DNA of 64,000 nt from Bacteroidales bacterium. GTDB taxonomy: Bacteria > Bacteroidota > Bacteroidia > Bacteroidales > UBA1556. The notes under the pieces are model-generated. The model was not told the DNA's origin. It saw only the letters and a program-made list of their open reading frames with translations, and ran no database searches. The position numbers and the translations under genes are program-made. This document shows positions 39,540 to 49,258 of the stretch, one piece after another. The stretch lies in NCBI GenBank assembly GCA_027064095.1, contig JAMOQI010000032.1, positions 25,316-89,315 of the forward strand, given 5' to 3'. The first letter of the stretch is position 1. The number at the start of each line of letters is the position of its first letter.

Positions 39540-40760
39540 ATGAGTTTTGATGTAAATATTATTCGTGAGGATTTTCCTATTTTAAAGCAGAAAATCAGAA
39601 AAAAGGATTTAATATATTTTGATAATGGAGCTACTAGTCAAAAACCTAAAATGGTGATTGACAGAATGAACGATTATTATAATACTGAGAATAGTAATGT
39701 GCATCGAGGGGTTCATTATTTAAGTCAAATAGCAACAGATGCTATGGAAGCAGCTAGAGATAAAATTAAGGATTTTATCAATGCCGGTAGTATTAAAGAA
39801 ATAATATTTACAAAAGGTACTACAGAAGCTATAAATTTGGTTGCTAGCTCTTTTGGAAGAGCTTTTATAGATAAAGGTGATGAAATTATTATTTCTGAAA
39901 TGGAGCATCATGCCAATATTGTACCTTGGCAAATGCTATGTCAAGAAAAAGATGTAAAGCTCAAAGTTGTTCGTATAAATGATGATGGGAGCTTAAATAT
40001 AGAGCATTTTAAAAGTCTGTTAAATAAAAATACAAAATTGGCAGCTATAACTCATATATCAAATGTTATGGGAGTTATAAATCCTGTTGAGGAAATTATA
40101 GAGGCTGCTCATAATTTTGATATTCCGGTTTTATTGGACGGAGCACAAGCCGTACCACATGTAGAAGTTGATGTACAAAAACTAAATTGTGATTTTTATG
40201 TTTTTTCAGGCCATAAAATGTATGCTCCAACAGGCATTGGAGTTCTTTACGGCAAAGAAAAATGGCTTACTAAAATGCCTCCTTATCAAACTGGAGGTGA
40301 GATGATTAAAGATGTTAGTTTTGAAGAAACTACTTTTAACGAATTACCTTTTAAGTTTGAAGCCGGCACTCCAATGGTGGCCGAAATTATAGGTTTGGCT
40401 AGTGCTATTGACTATATGTATTCTATTGGTATTAATAATATTTCAAAATATGAGCATGAATTATTAGATTATGCAACAGAACAATTATTAGGGATTGATG
40501 GACTTAAAATAATAGGTACAGCTAGCCCTAAAGCTGCTGTGATTTCTTTTGTTCTTGAAGGAATACATCATTATGATGCCGGAAGCATCTTAGATCAGTT
40601 AGGCATAGCCGTTAGAACAGGCAATCATTGTGCCCAACCTCTGATGAAACGTATGGGTATAAATGGAACTATTAGAGCTTCTCTTGCATTTTATAATACA
40701 AAGGAAGAAATAGATATTTTGGTTAAATCTATAGATAGAGTTAAATCTATGCTTTTATAA
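39540..40760 (+). CDS. sufS: Cysteine desulfurase SufS (group II)
   Basis: 406 aa. SGHKMYAPTGIG PLP lysine block and RTGNHCAQP active-site Cys. Confidence 0.95.
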   Translation: MSFDVNIIREDFPILKQKIRKKDLIYFDNGATSQKPKMVIDRMNDYYNTENSNVHRGVHYLSQIATDAMEAARDKIKDFINAGSIKEIIFTKGTTEAINLVASSFGRAFIDKGDEIIISEMEHHANIVPWQMLCQEKDVKLKVVRINDDGSLNIEHFKSLLNKNTKLAAITHISNVMGVINPVEEIIEAAHNFDIPVLLDGAQAVPHVEVDVQKLNCDFYVFSGHKMYAPTGIGVLYGKEKWLTKMPPYQTGGEMIKDVSFEETTFNELPFKFEAGTPMVAEIIGLASAIDYMYSIGINNISKYEHELLDYATEQLLGIDGLKIIGTASPKAAVISFVLEGIHHYDAGSILDQLGIAVRTGNHCAQPLMKRMGINGTIRASLAFYNTKEEIDILVKSIDRVKSMLL

Positions 40761-41209
40761 TGAATTTAAATATTATAGCAATGACAATAGAAGAGCAAAA
40801 AGCAGAACTTGTTGAAGAATTTGATCTTTTTGAGGATTGGATGGATAAGTATAATTATATTATAGAAATGGGTAAGGATTTGGAAGGATTACCCGAAGAA
40901 AATAAGACAAAACAATTTTTAATAAGTGGTTGTCAATCACAGGTCTGGTTGACGGCTAATTATGATAACGGGAAGATACATTTTCAAGCTGATAGTGATG
41001 CGATTATTACTAAGGGAATTGCTCAGCTATTAATAAGAGTTGTTGACAATAGAAGTCCCAAAGAAATTATCGACGAAGATTTTAGCTTTTTAGATAAAAT
41101 TGGATTAAAAGAACATCTTTCTCCAACCAGATCTAATGGGCTTACATCGATGATAAAACAAATAAAATTATATGCATTAGTTTTTAAAACTAAAGAAGAA
41201 CAAAAATAG
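40760..41209 (+). CDS. sufE: SufE-like sulfur acceptor
   Basis: 149 aa. ISGCQSQVW conserved Cys block. The ATG overlaps the sufS stop. Confidence 0.85.
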   Translation: MNLNIIAMTIEEQKAELVEEFDLFEDWMDKYNYIIEMGKDLEGLPEENKTKQFLISGCQSQVWLTANYDNGKIHFQADSDAIITKGIAQLLIRVVDNRSPKEIIDEDFSFLDKIGLKEHLSPTRSNGLTSMIKQIKLYALVFKTKEEQK

Positions 41210-41215
41210 AATACA

Positions 41216-41548
41216 ATGGAAGAGAAAAAAGAGCCTATAGATTTTTTGCAATTGGAAAACCAAGTAATGAAAGCAATAAAGACGGTTTATGACCCAGAGA
41301 TTCCTGTTGATATATATGAATTGGGAATGATATATGAGATTGAGGTTGATGATGATGCCGTTGCGCATGTTGTAATGACACTCACTACTCCAAACTGTCC
41401 TGTTGCTGATTCGCTTCCTAATGAAGTAAAGGAAAGAGTGAGTAATATACCAGGTATTAAAGAAGCGGATATTGTACTTACTTTCGATCCTCCTTGGGAC
41501 AAAAGTATGATGAGCGAGGAAGCTCAGTTAGAATTGGGATATTTGTAA
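41216..41548 (+). CDS. DUF59/MIP18-family Fe-S assembly protein (SufT-like)
   Basis: 110 aa. VYDPEIPVDIYELG and TLTTPNCPVAD motifs. Confidence 0.85.
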   Translation: MEEKKEPIDFLQLENQVMKAIKTVYDPEIPVDIYELGMIYEIEVDDDAVAHVVMTLTTPNCPVADSLPNEVKERVSNIPGIKEADIVLTFDPPWDKSMMSEEAQLELGYL

Positions 41549-41590
41549 TAACTTGAGTTCTACTTAAAACTATCTTATGGTTTTAGGTAA

Positions 41591-42553
41591 TTATTTAATT
41601 ATTAACTTTTTACAAATCCTGTTTTTATTAAAAATTAAATTTACGACATATACACCTTTGGGTAAACTGGAGGTGTTTATTTTGTTTAAGCCTCCTTTTA
41701 TATCTATATTAACATATAATTGAGAAAGCATATTGAAAATCTGTATTTTAGTGTTAGTATTTGTTTTTATGTAAACAAAGTCTTTACAAGGATTAGGAAA
41801 GATAGAAACATCGGATTTTGTATTTAATTTAGAGAAGCCAACATTTTGGTTTATTACTCCTATAGCATCAAGGTCGAAACCTGACGAAGGAAAAGGAGTA
41901 GGAAATGGGTCATTAATAATATTTCCATTGCTATCATAAGATGCAATAGTGCTATCAATACTTCCGACTACATCTATAATTCTAATAAAATTTATATTCT
42001 GTAAATCCAAATTAGCATTTCCTTGTAATTCACTTAGGTCAAAAGGAGTACCGTAACCACCTTTATATTTTCCTGCTAAGTTATTTATTTTTGTTGCTTC
42101 TAAAGTGCCAAAAGTAGTTATTTGCGAATCTATTTGGGTAAGAGAATGAGAAGGAAATCTAACAAAATATTGTCCATCAGAGCTTACTTCTACAAAAGCA
42201 AGTTCTAGAAAGAAATCGTCGAAAGAGTTTTCAAAAACAGCAAAATCCCAGGATGGTCCATCTACAATTGTATTTGCAAAAGATATTATGGCCAAACCAC
42301 CATCACCGAGACTTACAGTTGAATTGTCTGCAATTCCAACAGCATTATTATCTACTCCATAGGTTGCAATTCCTAATGAAGTATCCTGTGCATTAACCCA
42401 GCCTCTGGTGATGCTCGCATTGCTTGCCCAACTTACAAACACATTACTATCACGATAGATAGCAGTGCTCCCGCTTTGACCTGCTGCAGGTGCATATTGT
42501 GCTATGCTAATGGTGGAGATAAATAATAATATTATTAGAATTACTTTATTCAT
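41591..42553 (-). CDS. T9SS-secreted protein of unknown function (second gene of the B12-riboswitch operon)
   Basis: 320 aa. Signal peptide MNKVILIILLFISTISIAQ and a C-terminal Por_Secre_tail-like CTD (IFPNPCKDFVYI...LPKGVYVVNLIF...KKLIIK). The central block is SLGDGGLAIISF...DGPSWDFAVFENSFDDFFLELAFVEVSSDG. Confidence 0.7.
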   Translation of the reverse strand: MNKVILIILLFISTISIAQYAPAAGQSGSTAIYRDSNVFVSWASNASITRGWVNAQDTSLGIATYGVDNNAVGIADNSTVSLGDGGLAIISFANTIVDGPSWDFAVFENSFDDFFLELAFVEVSSDGQYFVRFPSHSLTQIDSQITTFGTLEATKINNLAGKYKGGYGTPFDLSELQGNANLDLQNINFIRIIDVVGSIDSTIASYDSNGNIINDPFPTPFPSSGFDLDAIGVINQNVGFSKLNTKSDVSIFPNPCKDFVYIKTNTNTKIQIFNMLSQLYVNIDIKGGLNKINTSSLPKGVYVVNLIFNKNRICKKLIIK

Positions 42554-42559
42554 TGGCTT

Positions 42560-43540
42560 TTACTGTTTTATAAATCTTATTTGTTGCAAATTGTTATTGC
42601 TAATAATTTGTATAAAATATAAACCATTTGTGTAATTACTGATATCTAATTTCAATTTAGTTAAATTAGATTCAATATTTTCTGAATAAACCAAACTTCC
42701 TTTAGTATCAAAGATTCTTATAGATTCTACATCTTCAATACCACTGATTGTGATATTATTAGTGCTAGGATTTGGATAAACATTAATATTATTTTGGTTT
42801 TTAAATGTAGGCTCTACATTCACACCATCAAGGCATTGTAGGTCGTCCATACAAAAGTATGAAGGAGTATTCATTCCATAAGCACCATTATCGCTACTAC
42901 TTAATACAAAGGCTAGACTGTCCACATTTCCCAATTTCATAAGGTTAACCATTGTCCAGTCTTTAATAATATAGTCCTTGCTATTATCGGCAAAACGATA
43001 ATCTGCTAAAAAGAAATTTACAGTATCAGTCAAACTACCATTTAAATATCCTTGAACAGTAAGCATAAACCAATCAGAATCGTTACCGGAAGTACCACCG
43101 AATTTTTTAGCATAAGTATCGCCATTTTTCATGCTATAATAAGCATAAGTGTTATTATTGATGTAAAATCCAGATACAAGCTTACCACTAGAACTATTTG
43201 TCAGTTTTATACTTGTAGCTCCGGTATATGCACTAACATAAGCAACAGCATATGTTGCAGATATATTTCCGCTACCTGAAATTGACGAATACATATTTGA
43301 CCAACCGGTAGTAATGGTATCGGTTTTTGAAGAGTATGCAAAACCACCCCAAGTGTAATAGTTGGTATCATATTGATTACTAAAAACAGCATTACCACTT
43401 ATGAAATTACCACTAAGGTCCGAGCCGTTCCAAAAAGTATCAGCCGGCAAGTTTAAGTCCTCGAAATTACTTGTTGTTTGTGCTTGTAATGTAACAAAGC
43501 TGGCTACAACTAAAGCCATTGATAGTAAAAAATTTCTCAT
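42560..43540 (-). CDS. T9SS-secreted protein, DUF4465-like (first gene of the B12-riboswitch operon)
   Basis: The ORF track start 43567 is a TTG; trimmed to ATG 43540 (MRNFLLSMALVVASFVTLQAQ signal peptide). WNGSDLSGNFISGNAVFSN...WGGFAYSSKTD resembles DUF4465 from memory. The C-terminal T9SS CTD is VYPNPSTNNITI...TNGLYFIQIIS...IRFIKQ. Confidence 0.65.
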   Translation of the reverse strand: MRNFLLSMALVVASFVTLQAQTTSNFEDLNLPADTFWNGSDLSGNFISGNAVFSNQYDTNYYTWGGFAYSSKTDTITTGWSNMYSSISGSGNISATYAVAYVSAYTGATSIKLTNSSSGKLVSGFYINNNTYAYYSMKNGDTYAKKFGGTSGNDSDWFMLTVQGYLNGSLTDTVNFFLADYRFADNSKDYIIKDWTMVNLMKLGNVDSLAFVLSSSDNGAYGMNTPSYFCMDDLQCLDGVNVEPTFKNQNNINVYPNPSTNNITISGIEDVESIRIFDTKGSLVYSENIESNLTKLKLDISNYTNGLYFIQIISNNNLQQIRFIKQ

Positions 43541-43654
43541 AAAATTGTAAATTTTAAGGTCGGACAAAATCGTCCATTAATAATTAATAAATCCTCAAAA
43601 CTTACGGGAAACAGAAAGTGTAAAAAATACAAATTCAAGCTTTTAGTCCCGAAA

Positions 43655-43835
43655 GCATTTGTAATATGAAAGTGGCAGGTCTTCTGACTTACTCCTTGTC
43701 TTTTGTCGTCTTCCCTTTTGTGGTTTGGAAACAAAAAGTGACATTTGACAAAAGCATTTAGAGTTTACAGCAGCGGGTACTGTTCAGGATTTTCACCTGA
43801 TTCCCTCTTGGCCTAAATAATTTAGGAACCCCTTT
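43655..43835 (-). promoter_or_regulatory. Cobalamin (B12) riboswitch aptamer
   Basis: The - strand reads GGTTCC..AGGCCAAGAGGGAATCAGGTGAAAATCCTGAACAGTACCCGCTGCTGTAAAC....AAAGGGAAGACGAC....GTAAGTCAGAAGACCTGCCACTTTC. The conserved core and the B12 box (AGTCAGAAGACCTGCC) are both present. Confidence 0.88.
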
Positions 43836-43841
43836 ACGGGG

Positions 43842-43849
43842 CAAAGATA
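43842..43849 (-). promoter_or_regulatory. -7 promoter box (TATCTTTG on - strand) driving the riboswitch leader
   Basis: TAnnTTTG match immediately upstream of the aptamer 5' end. Confidence 0.5.
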
Positions 43850-43885
43850 GTTTTATTTTTATTAAAAGACAGGTATTTGTGAAAT

Positions 43886-45337
43886 TTATCTTATTCCATT
43901 CCTCATACGTGTTTTTACGTCTAAATTTCCTTTTTTGTCATTAATCATTTTCAAAAAGTAGTCTTCGAAATAGTCGGAAGGTAAATGGGCATTCCATGAT
44001 ACAAAATTGCCTTCAGGATCAATTAGGATAGCATGTGGTAAAGCGCTAAGCTGATAATCTTGGATGAAATGATAGTTATCATTAAGAAAAACAAAATGCC
44101 AATTATAGTCTTTGTTTTCAATTGCATGCATCATATCAGCAGGACTTCTATCAACAGAAATATTAATAAAAGTGATAATATCGTCAAATTTTTCATATAG
44201 TTCCTTGGTATATTTCATTTGATTTAAACAGGGAATACATTGGTCGTCCCATACTTGTATGTAAATATATTTTCCTGCTAGTCTTTCCAGATTTAAAGTA
44301 TCAGAATGAGTGTCATAAAACTCAAAATCAGGGGCTTTATTTCCTGTATTTAATGCTTGTAGTTTCTTGCGCAAATTAACTGCAATTTCTTGATGTTTTT
44401 TACTGTATTTACTGGCAGAAATATCATAAAGTATACTTATTATCGCTTTTTTATTAAATCTCTTCATCCTATACATCTGAGGTAAATTTCTCAGAATAAC
44501 AAGTTCGCGAAGATATGGGTTTTGTAATAAACTATCTTCCGATAATAATGCTGACAGAGCTTGATAGCTTTGAGTGATATTTACAACAGAATCCAGGCGC
44601 TTGCGAATAGATTGAGGTACTTTTGATGTTATATACTTTGTCCAAAAAGAGTTGAAAAAGGTCATAAAGGCCTGGCTGTTATATTTTATATTGCTGGGAT
44701 TAAAGTATTTATCAACAATATAATCATTACCATATTGGTTGCTAAGCATCCTGAATTGTGCTATTTGTATATCAGCATATTCTTGTAAATATTTATCTTT
44801 ATGTTTTTTGGTAAAAGCTTCAATATCCATTTGCAAACTATCAACAAGTTTCCAACTTTGTTTTCCTAAACGCAATGCCAGGTGATTTTTTTGAACAAAA
44901 TCATCAATTATCCAATTTAATGTATCAATATTTGCATTAAGTTCATCTTCTGATGGTTGTATAATTTTAAAATCAGGGCTTAAATAGCCTACAACATCCT
45001 TGGGATAGAAATAGCGGTTATTAAAGTCTGTTTTATTTATATTTATTTTATAATTTGTATTTGGTTTTAGGTAGATAGGGATTCTGAAATATCTTACTTC
45101 AATATAAAACATCTGCACCTTGCTATTGTAAGTATCAAAAGATATATTTCCATTTTTATCAAAGTTTTCTTCAGCAATAATCACCCTATCAAGAGATATC
45201 AAATCACGATAAGTCCAAACAGTAGCTTTTTGATTTTCTGCACCGGGGAAATTAATATTTACGTGGCTTTTAGCAGCTTGTGAGCTAATGAAAGACATTA
45301 GTAAAACAAAGCCAAAAAATATTTTAAGTTTTAACAT
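43886..45337 (-). CDS. TlpA/ResA-like thiol-disulfide oxidoreductase with a long N-terminal domain
   Basis: 483 aa. Signal peptide and a C-terminal thioredoxin fold with WDDQCIPC (CxxC). Confidence 0.75.
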   Translation of the reverse strand: MLKLKIFFGFVLLMSFISSQAAKSHVNINFPGAENQKATVWTYRDLISLDRVIIAEENFDKNGNISFDTYNSKVQMFYIEVRYFRIPIYLKPNTNYKININKTDFNNRYFYPKDVVGYLSPDFKIIQPSEDELNANIDTLNWIIDDFVQKNHLALRLGKQSWKLVDSLQMDIEAFTKKHKDKYLQEYADIQIAQFRMLSNQYGNDYIVDKYFNPSNIKYNSQAFMTFFNSFWTKYITSKVPQSIRKRLDSVVNITQSYQALSALLSEDSLLQNPYLRELVILRNLPQMYRMKRFNKKAIISILYDISASKYSKKHQEIAVNLRKKLQALNTGNKAPDFEFYDTHSDTLNLERLAGKYIYIQVWDDQCIPCLNQMKYTKELYEKFDDIITFINISVDRSPADMMHAIENKDYNWHFVFLNDNYHFIQDYQLSALPHAILIDPEGNFVSWNAHLPSDYFEDYFLKMINDKKGNLDVKTRMRNGIR

Positions 45338-45343
45338 CTTAGC

Positions 45344-45823
45344 TTAACGATTCTTATGATTAATTATTTCATTAATAATAGCTTCAGGCACTAATTGGGA
45401 GATATCTCCATTATGTTTAATTACATCTCGTACTATTGATGAGCTTATAGGTGTATGAGCTGTAGAGGTAAGCATAAAAATGGTTTCTATTTCTGGTTTA
45501 AGAATTTTATTAACTTGTCCTATTCCGCGCTCAAATTCAAAATCGGCACTTGTACGTAATCCTCTTAGGATGTAATTTGCTTTTTCTTTTATGCAAAATT
45601 CTACAGTAAGTTCAGAGAATGATTTTACACTAATTTTTGGTTGATTAGCGAAGCACTTTTCTATCCATTTGATACGTTGCTCAACAGAATAAAGCGAATT
45701 TTTTGTTGCGTTGATTCCAACGGCGATAACTATTTCGTCAAAGAGGGGTAAAGCTCTTTCTATAACACTTTGATGTCCAACAGTAATAGGGTCGAAACTT
45801 CCTGGAAATATTGCTTTATTCAT
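45344..45823 (-). CDS. coaD: Phosphopantetheine adenylyltransferase
   Basis: 159 aa. FPGSFDPITVGH motif. Confidence 0.95.
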   Translation of the reverse strand: MNKAIFPGSFDPITVGHQSVIERALPLFDEIVIAVGINATKNSLYSVEQRIKWIEKCFANQPKISVKSFSELTVEFCIKEKANYILRGLRTSADFEFERGIGQVNKILKPEIETIFMLTSTAHTPISSSIVRDVIKHNGDISQLVPEAIINEIINHKNR

Positions 45824-45849
45824 ACTTTATGAGATTTATGTATTAGGGA

Positions 45850-45857
45850 CAAAGGTA
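45850..45857 (-). promoter_or_regulatory. -7 promoter box (TACCTTTG on - strand) for coaD
   Basis: TAnnTTTG match 27 nt upstream of ATG 45823. Confidence 0.5.
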
Positions 45858-45906
45858 GTTAATTTTAAAAATATTTCTATTTTTGAATAGATATAATTAA
45901 TAAAAA

Positions 45907-46407
45907 TCACATCAAATCATTTTCATTAGTAAGTTTTATTTTTTTGAGTCCTTTTTCTCTGAAAATTAGCCAAGGTAATGAAACACCAATTGATAAACTT
46001 GCCAGTACAAAAAACATATTAATTGCATTATGAGTTATAAAAAGAAGAGTATCTATATCTTGCGAATTAGTTTTGTGTCCAATAGCTAAATGCATAATAC
46101 CTAGTAATGTTTGGTAGCCAAAATATCCCGGAATCATTCCAATAACTGAGGGTATAGAAATAACAAAAGGGCTGGTGTGTTTAAACCTTGAATAAGGAAT
46201 ACTTATAAAACCAACTAAGGAGGCTGCAAAAAGAGAAGCGAAAATTATGTTAACATTGAAATATAATGTTCCAAATTTTACGATTCCTGCTAACATAGAT
46301 GTAACAAAAATTGCTAACAATAATCTATAGGGGACATTAAAAATGGTAGCAAAACCAAAACCAACTATGCCTGACCAAAATGCTTTTTCAATAATCTCCC
46401 AATACAT
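45907..46407 (-). CDS. Threonine/serine exporter family protein, small subunit (ThrE_2 / YjjB-like)
   Basis: 166 aa, about 5 TM helices, paired with the upstream YjjP-like gene. Confidence 0.75.
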   Translation of the reverse strand: MYWEIIEKAFWSGIVGFGFATIFNVPYRLLLAIFVTSMLAGIVKFGTLYFNVNIIFASLFAASLVGFISIPYSRFKHTSPFVISIPSVIGMIPGYFGYQTLLGIMHLAIGHKTNSQDIDTLLFITHNAINMFFVLASLSIGVSLPWLIFREKGLKKIKLTNENDLM

Positions 46408-46409
46408 AA

Positions 46410-47186
46410 TTAAAGCCTTTGAATATTAAATAAATATAATATGATAAATAGTGCCGCTGCAATGGATAACACATATAATAAACCATGGATAAATCTTACC
46501 ATTCCGGTAATAAAATAACCATCCATAAGGTCAGTAAATGAGTTTATTAATGGAACTCCGGGAACAGAAAACAAAACAGAAGTTGCAATGGCTACATCAG
46601 GATTTTTACAGGGTATAAAAGTAAGTAAAAGCGCTGTTGAAAGACTTGAGATAAATGTGCCTGCAAAAGTACCTAGATATGTATTGAAGCCTTTATGATG
46701 AAAAGCTTGCTTAATAAATAAACCTAAAAAAGTTCCAATGAAAACTGACAGAAAACCATAATAATCGCTACCAAATAGAATTGATAAGCCAGCCCCTGCA
46801 AAACTAACTGCAATAAGCACCATCCAACGAGAATGAGGTTTTTGGTTGTCGATAATTTCAACTTCTTTTTTTATTTTATCAAAACTCCATTGTTCTTTTT
46901 TTGCCAAAACAGCGATTTGGCTTAAGCCCGATAGGGTATTGAAGTTTATAATATGTGCCGGCAATCTTTTTACTTGAGTAGTTTTATCCCCATTATGCTT
47001 ATCGGTTAGACTTATGATAAAAGCCTTGTGATTAATAAATACTTGTGCATCAACATGCATTAAAACGCTAAACTTATTAATTATAAGCAATATTCTATTT
47101 GTGTTGGCTCCGGCTGTCATTAGCATTGCGCTAATTTTTAGTAGTAGCTCGGCCATTTCGTTGGTTAGCTTTTTTGAGCTGCGCAT
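46410..47186 (-). CDS. Threonine/serine exporter family protein, large subunit (ThrE / YjjP-like)
   Basis: 258 aa. Soluble N-terminal region followed by TM helices. Confidence 0.75.
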   Translation of the reverse strand: MRSSKKLTNEMAELLLKISAMLMTAGANTNRILLIINKFSVLMHVDAQVFINHKAFIISLTDKHNGDKTTQVKRLPAHIINFNTLSGLSQIAVLAKKEQWSFDKIKKEVEIIDNQKPHSRWMVLIAVSFAGAGLSILFGSDYYGFLSVFIGTFLGLFIKQAFHHKGFNTYLGTFAGTFISSLSTALLLTFIPCKNPDVAIATSVLFSVPGVPLINSFTDLMDGYFITGMVRFIHGLLYVLSIAAALFIILYLFNIQRL

Positions 47187-47206
47187 AAAAGATAATGTTA
47201 TTTAAA

Positions 47207-47214
47207 CAAAGATA
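47207..47214 (-). promoter_or_regulatory. -7 promoter box (TATCTTTG on - strand) for the ThrE pair
   Basis: TAnnTTTG match 21 nt upstream of ATG 47186. Confidence 0.45.
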
Positions 47215-47257
47215 ATGTAAAAGTAAGTTTAACGTGAAATTATATTAAGATTGATTT

Positions 47258-47983
47258 CTAATCATCAAAACCGGGTCTTTTAAATTCCATTACTTTTGGA
47301 TAAGTAGTTTTTAAAAGTCGTTTTATCTTAGAAAGGTCAGATAGAAAAATAAGGCATTCTTCTTCCTTTTCAGGAAAATTTTTCAGACAATAACTCAATG
47401 CATCAATACTTTTATCTATTGATATTATTGCAATTTTAGCCGAGCCAAGTTTGTCGTATTGGTCTGTATCTTGCTCAGACACACTATTATACATTGCTCT
47501 GTTTATTTTAGCTCCAATTAGAGGAGCATACCATGATAAAACTTTTATTACTTCATTTATTTGCTGTGAAACTTCTTCGTTATTTGAAAAAAGGTTTTCT
47601 GTTTTTTGATAAAAAAAGTCTTTGTTTTCTTTAAGCCAAATAATAATCTCATCTGCATAATTGTTTGCTAGTTTTTCTATTTCACCTGGAGTATTTTCTG
47701 GCATATCTATGTTTTCAAGACTATTTAGATCTACACCAATATCCTCAGCAATATCATTTAGCATTTCTATTGTTAAGGCTAAAATATTTGATGCTCTTTT
47801 GTAATTATCATTAATGTCTTCTGTTTTTTCCTCCTTTTGGTAAATTTCGCAATTATCTTTAAACTGACATCTTTCACACCAACGATCGCAATAGTTATAG
47901 ATACCTGCTATTAAATTATTTTTAATAGATTTAGGTATTTTATAAGTAGATTCTTGATGTAGTTTATTCATGTATAGAGGCAT
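47258..47983 (-). CDS. Hypothetical helical protein with an N-terminal CX3CX2CX5C motif
   Basis: 241 aa. YNYCDRWCERCQFKDNCEIY. The rest is acidic and predicted helical. No family recognised. Confidence 0.55.
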   Translation of the reverse strand: MPLYMNKLHQESTYKIPKSIKNNLIAGIYNYCDRWCERCQFKDNCEIYQKEEKTEDINDNYKRASNILALTIEMLNDIAEDIGVDLNSLENIDMPENTPGEIEKLANNYADEIIIWLKENKDFFYQKTENLFSNNEEVSQQINEVIKVLSWYAPLIGAKINRAMYNSVSEQDTDQYDKLGSAKIAIISIDKSIDALSYCLKNFPEKEEECLIFLSDLSKIKRLLKTTYPKVMEFKRPGFDD

Positions 47984-48101
47984 TATTTGTTTTTAGAGAT
48001 CAACTAATTAATAATTGACTAAAACGTCTATTTATTCAAATTAGAACTATACTGTACGAAAAAAATAGAATTGGGTTGCAGTATATTCTTTTTTCATTTT
48101 A

Positions 48102-48195
48102 TTAACCTGCATTATTTATAATAAAGCAAAGTGAATTGTATTAATAAGCAATAAATAGCCGAATGTAATGTGAAACAAGTTCTGAACAGGTTGAT
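48102..48195. mobile_element. MITE-like repeat, copy D (right end degenerate or truncated)
   Basis: TTAACCTGCATTATTTATAATAAAGCAAAGTGAATTGTATTAATAAGCAATAAATAGCCGAATGTAATGTGAAACAAG is colinear with copies B (reverse complement) and E. Confidence 0.6.
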
Positions 48196-48286
48196 TTAAA
48201 AAAATTTAAAATTTTAATATTTTTTAAAGAATATTCAAATTCATTAGTTTTACACAATTATTAAGGATTATCTAAAATAAAGTGGT

Positions 48287-49204
48287 TTAATACAGTTGAG
48301 ATTTTATTTCTTCAATAATTTCCAGAATTGTATTATCTTCATCAAGGCTAATTATTGGGCTTATATTTGTTTTAATGGAGTTGTGGAAACTTATGAGCTC
48401 TGAATACAAAGCCTTTATTTTTATAGCTTCATTTTTGAAATCAAAAGATAGTATATCTTGAGATTTAGTATTAGCTTTTAAAATTTCTAAAGTATTATTT
48501 CCCAAATTTATATGTACTACTGCATCTTGTTGGTATATAGCCATTTTGCTATATGAGTTAGGAGATAGACTACTGATATTGATATTTGCAACACAGGCGT
48601 TGTCAAATTCTAGTCTTACGTTTAGTAACTCAATATCATTACCATAAGGATTATTAGTTCGAGCTTGAATTTTTCGAATACCAGCATTAGCAAAACTTAA
48701 AACCAGATCTAAGTCTTCTATTAATAAATCTAATGCGGTACTAATTTTATCTTTAGGAGAAATATCAGCAATTCCTCGTCTTGTTTCAATAAAATTGGCA
48801 TGTTGCACAAATTCTCTTGCTTTGATAACTGCCGGATTATATCTGTCATGGCGTGCAATTTGAACTTTTACATTAGCCTCATCAGCTAAGTCAATAATAT
48901 TTTGAATTTGTTCTTTGTTTTTCAGGAATTTATTTTCAATAAATAAATGTCGAGCACTTTTTATTGCCATAAAAATATATTCCAAATCCATTGGTTGAGG
49001 GCTGATAAAATCAACGACTTCTGATTGCTCAATAAGATCTATAGGGTGCGAAAAAGTGTGAATGCCAAATTTTTTTGATAATTCATCAGCTTTTTTAGGA
49101 TTATGGTCATAAATTCCTACCAAATCAAATTCATTAATTTGTTTGATTTGTTCGATATGATTAATAACCGTATTACCAATACCGATAATTCCTATTCGCT
49201 TCAT
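48287..49204 (-). CDS. Gfo/Idh/MocA family oxidoreductase
   Basis: 305 aa. N-terminal Rossmann IGIIGIGNTVINH. Confidence 0.7.
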   Translation of the reverse strand: MKRIGIIGIGNTVINHIEQIKQINEFDLVGIYDHNPKKADELSKKFGIHTFSHPIDLIEQSEVVDFISPQPMDLEYIFMAIKSARHLFIENKFLKNKEQIQNIIDLADEANVKVQIARHDRYNPAVIKAREFVQHANFIETRRGIADISPKDKISTALDLLIEDLDLVLSFANAGIRKIQARTNNPYGNDIELLNVRLEFDNACVANINISSLSPNSYSKMAIYQQDAVVHINLGNNTLEILKANTKSQDILSFDFKNEAIKIKALYSELISFHNSIKTNISPIISLDEDNTILEIIEEIKSQLY

Positions 49205-49258
49205 GCTATATTGTTAATTTTAGTAAAAATAAGCTTTAAAGCATGTTCTAAAAACGTT

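Noticed and set aside
41549-41590. Possible bidirectional terminator between the DUF59 gene (suf operon) and the T9SS-secreted gene (41591-42553)
   Set aside because: It is only an imperfect 7/8-bp stem (CTTAAAAC / GTTTTAGG) without a clear U tract. That is too weak to annotate.
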